Shown here: one piece after another, positions 26,241 through 37,572 of the stretch
Layout: each line of letters starts with the position of its first letter
Numbering within the stretch: position 1 is the stretch's first letter
Source: Rhynchopus sp. YZ270_cl-10
Lineage: Eukaryota
Direction: 5' to 3'
Length of the DNA stretch: 64,000 nucleotides
Assembly (NCBI GenBank): GCA_964035575.1
Contig: OZ037847.1
Span: 620,001 to 684,000 of the forward strand
Translations under genes and position numbers: made by a program
Notes under the pieces: generated by a model
Seen by the model: only the letters and a program-made list of their open reading frames with translations
The model's database searches: none
What the model was told of the DNA's origin: nothing

Positions 26241-26357
26241 CAGTAGTAGGCCAAGAAACTTGGCGACCAAATAATTTGTCGAACCAAAATAATATTGGCG
26301 GATTTTAGGGGTTTTCTTGCAATTGGCGACTTTTTTTGGTCGCCAATAGCCCTACTG
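26241..26357. mobile_element. Small Tigger/pogo-like MITE
   Basis: TA|CAGTAG...CTACTG ends with internal TTGGCGACC/GGTCGCCAA inversion; right flank is CA rather than TA. Confidence 0.5.
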
Positions 26358-27299
26358 CAATCGGATGATGATTAAAAAGTTGGCTTTGTACTCTCGCTGT
26401 GAGAAAGGTTGAAAATCCTGTTGGTGTAGTGATGTTATATTAACCAAGAGTTTTTTTTTCACTATCTTTTGTGATGTGGAGAAAGGAGTGGGGAGGGTTT
26501 TGGGTTTCTTCTTCCAATATATTGATGGCATGGGGGGCGGGAAAAGGCGGGAATGAGGGGGGGAAAAGGCAAAAACGTCCTCGCGGACGTAGGACGCCAC
26601 AAAAAGAAAAAGGGGGAAAGAAAAACCAGGCAAAAAAAAAGAAAAAGAAAAAAAAAAAAGAAAGCTAGTCAAGGGTACTATCAGGTGCACCCGCAAATCC
26701 ACTACCACTATTTTGGTGGCATTTTTATTTTCTTGAAACTAACTGATTTTTTATTATCCATTGACAGAAAAGGGAGATGATGTTTTCCCTTTCATCACTC
26801 TTATGTTTCCCCTGCTTGATTTTTTTTTGTTGTATCGACAATCACGTTATACCTACTGGTATAACGATCTGTACTCAATGTCGGCCGAAGCCAGAAGGTA
26901 TAGACGCAGATCATCTTCAACCCTTTAGAGTAACTTTTTTTTTTTTTGAATTTTCTCGCCTCTGGTAATTCCTTTAGAGACACCCTTCCCCAACCCCCTT
27001 CCCACCCTCATTGACTAAATCCCCGCTTGATCATAAGATCTGCAGATGGACCTACCGGGTAGCCAGGCTCTGTGCACAACAAACCTCCACAAGGAAGGAT
27101 GCGTCTTCAGCCTAACAACTTTTTTTGTAAAGAAAAATATCTTAGAAAGACAGAAATCTGTACTTTTCTTTTTCAGACAGCGCACCTTGTCCATTAGAAA
27201 ACTCGGGCCTGGCTGTTTTTTTTTTTTTTTTTTTTTTGCAACAACAAAAAAAAATTGGGGGAAATGGAAAAAGGAAAAAGAAAAAAGAAAAAAGAGAAC

Positions 27300-28533
27300 T
27301 CACGCCAAGGTCAGCTTCAGTGTCGGCTGTGCTCCTCCTTCTGCTTCGGCCTTTTCTCTACGCTCTTTCATTTGCTTCAAGTGTCGTGTCGACATCATCT
27401 GTTTTATCACACCCACCACCGACATGAAGGCGAAGATCATAACCTGTGTGTGTGTGATGGTCGGGTTTTTTTGGTATCGAGGTACACATTGTCTCCCAAA
27501 GGCTTTGTATTACAGTAACACAACAAACATCGGATCCCAAAATCCACCTTAGTTTTTTACCCCTCCGGTGTTGTGTTACTGTAATTGATGCAAGACGCAA
27601 AGCCATCCTGAACTCAAGAAAGTAGTACAAAAATTGCTTCGTTTTAGGGTAAGGGGTGGGTTAAAAGGGGGGGTTTTGTTGTTTCTTTTGCATACCAATA
27701 CTCGCGCCCCACGGACGAACTGCGCTATTTCAAACAGCACCTTTGCGATCCAGAACACCACGGATCCTGTTGTGTTGTTGGTGTTGTTTTTCTGTATCTT
27801 TCCCTAAAGGCTTCTGTCTCACGAATAGACAAGATATCACCTTAAAAAAAACTGAAGATATAATTTTTTTTTTGAATGTGTCAACACAGCTTCGTTAGGA
27901 TCACTGTAGTGCGTTGTGTAAAAACCTTTGGTTGTCGCTACGCAGATTGTAGAAAAGGTAAAAGGTCATACCGTATTTTTTTTTAATCTTCCAGAGCATT
28001 TGTGTTGTGGACTCCTCCCATCGTGTTTCCGATGCTTTGTAGACGCGTTCGTGGAGCTCAGACCTGGGCACCGGCGGCTCGTCGCCTGTTGCTCTGTTTC
28101 CTATCAACCCTGTTTTGGTCTTATTTTTAAGGACCATCTTGATCAAAAGACGGTTAGCTTCGTTGATTTCAATGATCTGTGTTGGTGTTGATGGTGTTGT
28201 TGTTGTTGTTGTTTTTTCCCTTAACTATAATCCCTACACACAGCCTTTCAGTTAGTTCACTATATTTGCGGTATCAAATTCGAAAAAAAGTCATTTTCCC
28301 CATACCTTTTTCGGGTCTGCGTCCGGATTCAAATCAGGATGGTATTTTTTGACAAGGTCTCTGTATGCCTCTCTGACTTCCTTGTCGGTGCAGTTGTCTT
28401 CCACCCTCCCCTCGAACACCTCAAAAGGGTCGATCTTTGATGCATTAGTGTCAGCCTGTGCGTACCGCCGTGCACCCAACAATGCCCCCCTTTGCGCCCC
28501 TCTCATCGCACCCCGACAAGCAGAAAGCATCAT
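27300..28533 (-). CDS. J-domain (DnaJ) protein with probable mitochondrial presequence and C-terminal hydrophobic segment, 4 exons, ~215 aa
   Basis: Exons 28533-28306, 28176-27972, 27766-27696 and 27443-27300. All introns are GTATG...ACAG with consistent phases (0,1,0). The J-domain REAYRDLVKKYHPDLN continues into IIEINEAN in exon 2. The N-terminus is Arg/Ala-rich. Confidence 0.8.
27513..27581. mobile_element. 69-bp Tc1/mariner-type MITE in intron 3 of the J-domain gene
   Basis: 13-bp TIR CAGTAACACAACA with TA TSD. Confidence 0.85.
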
Positions 28534-29500
28534 ACTGCAGTCCGTTCCCTAATGGCCGCCAAAACCCCCCTTTTTTTTTGTGTCCTTTTCCCTGTTTCAA
28601 TTGTATTAAAAAAATACGGATTAAGGTAGCAAAGAGAGGGGGAGATGAGGGTGTTGTTCTTTGGGGGGGAAATCAAATTCCTTGAGAAAGAGGAGAGGAA
28701 AGGAAAAGGGTTATCAATTGTGCATAATTAGGGAAACGCATTAAAAGAGAGAAAAATATGTTGAAGATATAATTGGCTAAAAGACGTGGAAAGTGTAAAA
28801 TGCCTCACCAGAAGACACCCAGATACAAGGTATTTGATGTCCCTGTGGGTTATCGAACCCCAAAAAGAGCAATTAAAAACGGAAAATTAGGAAATATCAG
28901 AAAAAATACAAAAAAAAAGAGTAAAAACGAAACACAGTGCGGGGAGGTAAATTGAGTGGTTGAGTATTTTTTTGAACTATAGGACGGAGGTTGTCCGACG
29001 TAGTCTCCTCGTCTTGTTTTATCCTGTTTTGGTTTATCTTTTTAAATGAGGGATGGTTCTCTTTCTTCATTGTATTAGTGTAGACACCCGAGGATGAGCT
29101 CCACTATTTGATTTTTTTGAAAAATACAATGGACACTATAATCAGAGGAGGAACAGAGAAGAGAAATAATCATTTTGTTTTTTTTTTTTTGAGCAGTGAA
29201 ATTTGGGGCTGAGGGAGGATAATTACGGCAAAAAAAATATTGCAAAAAAAAAACAAGTAATTGCTATCGGAAAAAAAACGGGGTGTGCTGTGGAACTCCA
29301 TCCTGTAGAAATAATCTACAACACGCCCAGCATTCTGCTCTTCTACTGCGGAGCTTTCCACAGCACACCCCGCTTTTTTCTTAGCAATTAGTTGTTCTTG
29401 TTGTTATTGTTATTTTCAACCACCTTCCTTCAACCCTTGTAGGGATCAGTTGCTATTTTTTTCGCGAAAACATGAAATTATACATTTCAAGAGAACAAAT

Positions 29501-30556
29501 TAAAAAGGGTCCTTATTTGCATTTTTGGGCTCCGCCCGTGCAGTGGTGGGGTCAATCTCGAAAATTGGACAATTTTTTGACCACTTAAATTTTGAGAAAT
29601 ATGAGCCCGGTTGCTTATACGTGGGGCCCATTTTCGGCTAAAATTTTCCTCAAAATCTGGTTTTGTAAAATTGACCCTTTACTCCCCCCCCACATCGATT
29701 TCAATACTATACCTTACTTCACCTACGGTTGCCCTTACAGGGGGGTGAAGGAAGGTAAGTTGAAAAGGGTCCTTATTTGCATTTTTGGGCTCCGCCCGTG
29801 CAGTGGTGGGGTCAATCTCGAAAATTGGACAATTTTTTGACCACTTAAATTTTGAGAAATATGAGCCCGGTTGCTTATACGTGGGGCCCATTTTCGGCTA
29901 AAATTTTCCTCAAAATCTGGTTTTGTAAAATTGACCCTTTACTCCCCCCCACATCGATTTCAATACTATACCTTACTTCACCTACGGTTGCCCTTACAGG
30001 GGGGTGAAGGAAGGTAAGTTGATAAAAAGGGTCCTTATTTGCATTTTTGGGCTCCGCCCGTGCAGTGGTGGGGTCAATCTCGAAAATTGGACAATTTTTT
30101 GACCACTTAAATTTTGAGAAATATGAGCCCGGTTGCTTATACGTGGGGCCCATTTTCGGCTAAAATTTTCCTCAAAATCTGGTTTTGTAAAATTGACCCT
30201 TTACTCCCCCCCCACATCGATTTCAATACTATACCTTACTTCACCTACGGTTGCCCTTACAGGGGGGGTGAAGGAAGGTAAGTTGAAAATTAAAAAGGGT
30301 CCTTATTTGCATTTTTGGGCTCCGCCCGTGCAGTGGTGGGGTCAATCTCGAAAATTGGACAATTTTTTGACCACTTAAATTTTGAGAAATATGAGCCCGG
30401 TTGCTTATACGTGGGGCCCATTTTCGGCTAAAATTTTCCTCAAAATCTGGTTTTGTAAAATTGACCCTTTACTCCCCCCCACATCGATTTCAATACTATA
30501 CCTTACTTCACCTACGGTTGCCCTTACAGGGGGGGTGAAGGAAGGTAAGTTGAAAA
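29501..30556. repeat. Four near-identical ~260-bp tandem units, Helentron/HINE-like
   Basis: Periods 260, 262 and 268 bp. Each unit has an AAAGGGTC/GACCCTTT inverted pair and a terminal hairpin CCTTACTTCACC...GGTGAAGGAAGG. Confidence 0.9.
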
Positions 30557-30879
30557 CTATAAAAAATGATGTTCGATTTGGTTTCAGACAGGGATATGAC
30601 GCACATGCCAATGTTGATGACACACATATCAGACCTGCTTTTGTTACCAAACCAATAATAAAATTATTAAAACCTATAAAACAAATTGCAAGATGAATGC
30701 GCATGCACACACCATCAAGAAAAAGCTATGAAGATGAACCTGCTTAGTCACCTTTAAAAAAAAGAGAACACATCTGACGACAGATGACCAAAAAGAAATA
30801 TTTTTAAAAAGCACAAGAGGAAAGGAAGAACAGCGAGAAAAAAGCATAGCTGTTGATGCACCTCGACTGATTCACATAA

Positions 30880-31025
30880 GATCCCAGCCATCCGAATTAA
30901 AGTGCATACGTGCCCTGCGGCCAACAACAGAAGGTGTAAAAAGGAAACCTGATGGCTTGCCCCCGTACCGTAGTGTGAACGGGGATGATGCATAACCACT
31001 CGGACCACCTTCCGCTGAAGAGTTG
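30880..31025 (-). repeat. ~140-bp dispersed repeat with tRNA-like 5' end
   Basis: Homologous to 52139-52274; minus strand begins GGAAGGTGGTCCGAG(T/C)GGTT. Confidence 0.7.
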
Positions 31026-32847
31026 CGAGGTTTCAACAAAAAATAAAAAAAAAAAAAGGGTGATGTGCAACCGCTCTCCAAGACGCAGATATTTGACTCG
31101 CTGTGGGCACTCTAACAAAAACGAAACATCTGTGAGATGATACTGAGGCCTCTGGTGCTGAGTCACCTGAAAAAAAGTGCAAACACCTCACCAGACATCG
31201 GCGGGACGCAGGCACTGCAAAACTGCAAAACTGCAAACCAAACAATCAAATGAAATGAGAAAGAAAAAGTTTATAAGATGAGACTAAGCCTCTCGTACGA
31301 GAAAGAAAATACCAGTAAAAAATGTTGGAACGCTGGGGAAGTTTTTTTTGAGCATTTCAACATTTTTACTACGGAATATGAAAGAGTACGCCATCACTTC
31401 CACGGACACGGGGGTAACGTTTTGAAAGACAGCTGTACCTCAGGACACAGCGTACCCCGCTGGTTTTTGTGTCGTCGTATTTAGGTTGATACACCCACAA
31501 TCACCTTCGTACCCACCTTTGTGGAGCTAGGGTCTGCACTCAATGTTGGCCGAAGCCTTTGAGCAGATGTTTGTTTGCTACCGATATTTGGAAAATTGAA
31601 AGGAGAAAAAAAAATATCAAGATAATTCAATTCGGACTCCTCGCCTAGTTCAGACACACGCGCATCCTTTTGAAACAGCTGTTACCAATTACGTTGCTGT
31701 GATGCGAAAAACGCAGTGAGATCTGCACTGTCAGAGGTAGTTCCCTGCTCATCACGAGAACACACGGCTTCGTACCCAACGGTCGGAGCGGAATGCCATC
31801 ATGCGTACAGGGAAGCCCTCAGGGCCTAAGGTTCTTTTATTTTCAAATGAGGCAAATTAGACTGCTAAGTTACCTTTAAAATAGAAATATGTTCCAAGTA
31901 TGGATGGTTACAAAAAAAAGATGTCAACCAAAAAATGAAGTCCATCCTGCCTCCATGTCTTTTTTTGAAAGGGTGAACTTTTGTTCGTTGATGAGATAAA
32001 CCCTATAGGGTTTTGTTCTGTTTCGTTTCTAATTGGGTGTTGCGAAGAAACCAATTCGCACGCGAACAGTTTCGCACAAGACCCAAAAAAAAAAAAAAAA
32101 AAGAAAAAACGAAAGCTCGATCACCAAACAGCACCGAATTCGGAAAAGAAAGAAATTTGAAAGGTGAATACACCTTTCGCGCAACACACATCTTCACCAC
32201 TATCGTAATCGCGCTGAAACACGCTGGGTTTAAAAAAAAAAAACACGACTTCACGACCCTGGGACACATAAAGAAGGCAAATGGCCCGAAGAAAGTACAC
32301 CGCTTTCCCTCCTGGTCATTTAACCCATATAAAGGTGTTTCATAAACATTCTGTCGGTGCGGCCCTATTTCTATTAGAAGTGGGCAAGATTGACGGAATG
32401 TGGAGGGGGGGAAACAAAAAAATAGAGATAAGGACAGACGAATAGCAGCAAGGTTGGCGCCCTGTTGTTAAAGTGTGCAGCAAAAAACGTCCCAAAGGAA
32501 AAATGCGTTACTGATATGTGTGCATCTTTTTTGGTGTTCGCGACACACCCTTTACAAAGGTGATGAAGTCATAAGCTGCGAATGATGGGTGTCGAAAGCA
32601 TTTTTACAAAACCTTACATTGTTTCATATACTAACTATTCTACTGAATAGATGGTATAATAGCCTTACAAAAAAAAGCAAGCAAACGTATTGGCTTTCAA
32701 TCGACCAAAACAAGAAAAACCAAATCAGCATTATTGGAAGAAAAGTAAAGTTGATATCCTAGACACTACAAAGTGGATGCAGGCACATATCACCCTCTGA
32801 AGAAAGAAACAACAGATCCATTGCCAGGGTAAAGAAGAACCGTTTAT

Positions 32848-32881
32848 AAGATGAACCTAAGCCTCTCGTGATTAGTCATCT
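32848..32881. repeat. Hairpin mini-element family H2, representative copy
   Basis: AAGATGAACCTAAGCCTCTCGTGATTAGTCATCT; more than 10 related copies in the window. Confidence 0.8.
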
Positions 32882-34584
32882 AAAAAATGCCTCTCGTCAC
32901 ACATTTTTAAAAATAAAGCTGGAAAGATCGAACGCCCACATTTATATTTTTCTATTTTTTCTAATGTCAACACTACGTATTGCCTTGCCCACACCTTTTC
33001 CCTCAAAGCTTTTTCGTATGGGCACACCCCCTTCGCGCCTTCGCACAGAGGAAAGGGGTGATGATGGTGATGGGGAAATGGGTGCAAAATCAAGGTGACT
33101 CTCAGCGTCGTTCAGCTTAGCAAAGGGGTGCTCTGCTGAGAGTAACAACAGGAGTCTAATTTCAAAAAAGCAAAGGGGTTTAAGGGGTATAAGGGGTATA
33201 ATACAAAACAAACAAAACCACACAATAAAACCGTTGCCAATGTTGAGAACGCCTTTTGACACTTCTTCACACTCCTGGGGGGGTGTTATTGAACCCCCAA
33301 GAGTTGCTGGTTGGGAGTAGCTGAAATGAAAAGGTTCGGTGCTGTAGAGACGGCTACGTAACGTTGTGAAGAAGGTGGGAATGGCTTGGGTTCGGGCTTT
33401 TTGTGGGAATATAGGACTTTTCTCATTCGAGTAATGAGCACAAAGCAGGATGAGGGGTTTTACCTTCCTCTAACAAAGTCTCCCATATTTTCCCCTTAGG
33501 GCTTCCCCATACGGGAGTACAAATATATGCCCGGAGGTGACGCACTCCATTTCCCTTCATAGGACATGGTCTTGGAACTGTCACATTTTTTTTTTGTGAT
33601 TACCGTTTCAAAAAAACGTCAGTGTACAGACCACTTTCGTGTCTGACGGTTATTATATTATAATATATCAAAAAAAAACGCACGAATTGGGTGTTAAATC
33701 GCAGCCAAGGTGTTGCTGTTTTGCCAATTCCGCCGTCCTATTAGAGCGTGAACCCTGCGATGCGTAATCCTCTCTTCCACTGTGCTATTGATAGCACAGT
33801 AGAAGATGAGGATTGTTTCTTTAGTGCAGACATCCTCAACGAATGCAAGCTTGAGCACACCCTGTGACCGACTACCAGAACGTGGCGCGCATACTGTTAA
33901 AACAAAAAGCAAATTCGAAATGGAGAGGAAGAAGTCACCCTACCACTACCAGGCAGAACACACCTATAGCGCACTGTTGTTTAGTGCAGCTGCCATACAG
34001 ACAAATCATCGCCATTCAGGGAGGGGTTTTTTCTAGCAAGATGAACCAAAAGCCTGACGTACTTAGTCACCTTACTAACGAAAAAATGATGCGTTGCAAG
34101 CAGGGTCAGGATAGCAACAAGGGGAGTGGGTTGGGGAAGGGCCGAGGGAGGGGGCACAGTCTTTGCTGCACAAACACTTCGCACAGACACAGACCAACAG
34201 CACCAGGGGGGGTGCCCGGGCATGGCCTAATTGTCCACAGGCATGAACCGTAGAGGACGCAGAAAAAAAAAAACAAAAATCAAGCGGGGGTTAAGATGGT
34301 GGCACAACTACACCCTCTCTAGGGGTCCAAGCACCAATAAACTGAGACAATATGAATACTAATGGGTTAAGAAGACGGAAAGGTGTGTCGTTTAATTCGT
34401 TCAATATCGCTTTGTCAATAAACAGTCGTCCAAACTTTATTTGGCATCCAAAAAAGGTGACAAATTACCAAAAATCCGCACCAATTTGGACGCCAATTTT
34501 AAGACTGTACATACCCCAGCAAGAACTGTCTAAGGAAAATCTCTAATAATGAATCTGAAATGAACAGTTCCATACTAAAGAAAT

Positions 34585-35162
34585 CAGGGGGGCCGCCACC
34601 TAGCAAAGTTCTGTTGATGGTCAACAGAACTTTTTGAAAATGAAAAAAAAAAAAAAAAAAGGGTTCTGTTGAGTGGTTCAGACCCGTTCTACTTGTCAAA
34701 AAATCTCAGGAGAAGAAGATATGGAGAGGTGAGTGCTCAAACGTCCCAAAAAAATCAAAATCGGGTGGTGGGAAAAAAAAAAAAGTTGCGTACCGTGCGC
34801 CTGCGGCGCAAGCAGCTCCCACCACCAACGCAGTTCCATTTTATGGGAACATTTTTTTAGAAATGTTACGTACCGTGGCTTCGCCAGGAACCTTTGGGTG
34901 TCATGACCGCTGCTTACTGATAAGAAGGCTGACACCACTACGGCTTGTGGACGGCCACCGTAGAGTACAATGTACAGCCTGGTGAGAGGGAAAGAGCAAA
35001 TGTCGCTGATTCGGAGGAACTCTGACGGGCTTGGGGAACATGCGTCTCTCCGCCGGAGGCCACGAGAAGGAGCTTTGCAGGGGGTTTCGCGCGAAGCGCG
35101 AAAATTTTTTTTGGACCATCAACAGAACTTTTTCAAAACCCAAAATCCTGGCGGCGGGGCTG
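34585..35162. mobile_element. hAT-type MITE
   Basis: CAG...CTG imperfect TIR; 8-bp TSD AAAGAAAT; AGTTCTGTTGATGGTC/GACCATCAACAGAACT subterminal inversion. Confidence 0.85.
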
Positions 35163-36320
35163 AAAGAAATATCCAAAAAAAAAAAAAAAAACAGGACTTA
35201 CTAAGATTCAGGGGCACCATGACTTTCGGTAACGACAACTATATAATGTTTTTTTTTAAAGATAAATTGTTGGAGTAGTGTAGATGCCTCGGTTTGTGTT
35301 GCTACAGCTGGGCAAATCTGCACTTTTTTCACTCCACTTTTTTTTTTTACAAAAGGTCGGGCTAATTCAGGACAACACGCGAAGCATTGCTATGGGTAAA
35401 GAGGGTGCATTATTCCCTCATTTTCCAAAAAAACGCACACAATGTCTTGAAAAAGATATCACCTTCGCTCTGCCAATTGCGCAAAATAACGCCAAGCAAA
35501 ATTTCCATACAGAGGGTTGGGGGGTTTGTTCGTTGGGGAAATATGTCAAAAAAAAAACTTTGTGAGATGAATGTGCCTCTGTGAACACATCTTTTAAAAG
35601 CTGAAGTTTATACAGTCAAACGCCTTTGGGGCGCAGGTACAATTTGAATAGAGGCTGGTAAGATGAGCCCGAGCTTTGTGCTTTGGTCATCTTAAGGGAA
35701 GAGAGGTCGTGTACTATTGGGATGCTTTACAGAATGGGTTCAACAAACTAAGGTAAAGAAAACTTGAAGGGTGATATGTGTCTCTCGTGCACACACACAC
35801 ACACACATCTGGTAAAGAAGAGGCAAGAGTCGCTTTTTTGACTACCTCGCAGTGCTTCAGTCACCTAAAAAATAAAGAAAAAAAAATTGATGTGTTTGCA
35901 ACCCGGCCAGCACGGCAACACACCAACGGGAGGAGGGGGGTTCCTCACAGCAACCGGACGTATCCTGGTATTGCCTTTTCGCAAAAAAAAAAAAAAAAAA
36001 AAGCGACCTGCCTGAAATTGAAATAATATTATGAATGCTAATTAAGATATAGTGCACCCCCAATATTACCATTTTGCACAACCGCATGGCTTACCTTTCC
36101 ATTGGATTTTACCACGACTGGATGCATCCTTGGCAATAAAGGGGGGGGAAGAGAAGGGTGCGTGAGTGTAAAAAAAAATGCAAAAAATATTTTTTGCGAC
36201 AATGTGGATTACGATAATGTGGATTATTAATCCGGATTGTCGTAATACACATTTTTAGAGTCCACATTGTCGTTTCCCCAAAAAAAAAAAAGAGAGAGCA
36301 TGAGTTGCAATAATTGTGTA

Positions 36321-37013
36321 CCTACCCCCCCCCCCCCCCCCCCGTGCATAAGTCCGACCCCCATGACCCGTGCATAAGTCCGATGACCCGTGTATAAGTC
36401 CGGGCAGATTTGGGCTCAGGATCGGACTTATGCACAGGCCGACTTATACACCGGTTTTGTGTACTAGTGGTGGGGAGAAATTTTTTTGAGGCGTTTTCCC
36501 GCTCGCGAAGCGAGCGGGAGAAAAAATTTGAGGTATTTTTCCGCGAGCGAAGCGAGCGTAACTTTATTTTTATTGGTGGTGTATTCACCAGGGATCATCT
36601 TCACGCTTCTCATGTCAAAACATCATCCTCACAATGCTCAAAGATGTGCACCTGTTACTGCAACATTGTGGAAAACTTTGCACCCCAAGTCTCAACAGCC
36701 AAAAGGTGTCCCTTGTTGAGTGGGTTCTCATGTTTGATACCTGCACAGCAAGCATTCCTCCAACGCTGTTTGGCCTGTCTGCGGCGTTGTGCCGAAGGTG
36801 CACGAAGACAGGGTAAATTTTGCGGTGTCACATGTGGGTCACTCACACTGAGGTCATGTGACCCTGCATGGGTCTGGGTACCTGGGTGCACAAAACCGGT
36901 GTATAAGTCCGATACCCGTGCATAAGTCCGAAACCCCGTGTATAAGTCCGGAGGCCCTCAGCCCCCCCAAAAATCGGACTTATACGCAGACTTATGCACG
37001 GGGGGGGGGTAGG
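36321..37013. mobile_element. Tc1/mariner (pogo/Tc2-like) MITE
   Basis: TA|CCTA(C)nGTGCATAAGTC ... GACTTATGCAC(G)nTAGG|TA; ATAAGTCCG sub-repeats. Confidence 0.9.
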
Positions 37014-37572
37014 TACGTGTTTTAGTTCGACTTCTTCTAACCCGTTCAAATGGGCGTGGGAGTATTGTTTTATATACTTTTTGATGGGGAAAGAACACAA
37101 GATGCGAGGATGATGTGAAATAAAAAAAACACAGAATTTGTGAAGGATGGTATAGGGGAGGGGGGAGGTGTTGAGTCAATGTGGGAATGCCATTTATGAA
37201 ATCGGGTTATTAGCAAAACACTTAATGGTTTGTCAATAGAATGGGGGACTCTTTGGTGGGGGATACTGTGATATGAAAAGAAAGAGCAGTTGAAACGTGC
37301 TAAAACGCGAAAAGAAAACTTGAAAAAAAAAGAAATGCATGTACCCCTCTTGAGAAAAAAAAATGTAAGATGGATGTGCCTCTCGTGCACGCAACATTTT
37401 TTACACTATCGCTATTGTAAAGGAACACGCTTGGTTTGAAAATTGCCTGTCTCTTACGCAGTTACGCAGAGACGGTTAGAAAAGCTTGTAAGATGGAACA
37501 TAAAGCCTTACCCAGTAAGGCGCCTAAGAACAGATGAATGCATCCGCATATCTTTGAAAGGTCTTTTTTCAA

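Noticed and set aside
29501..30556. CRISPR-like array
   Set aside because: Whole units are identical, there are no unique spacers, and no cas genes are present.
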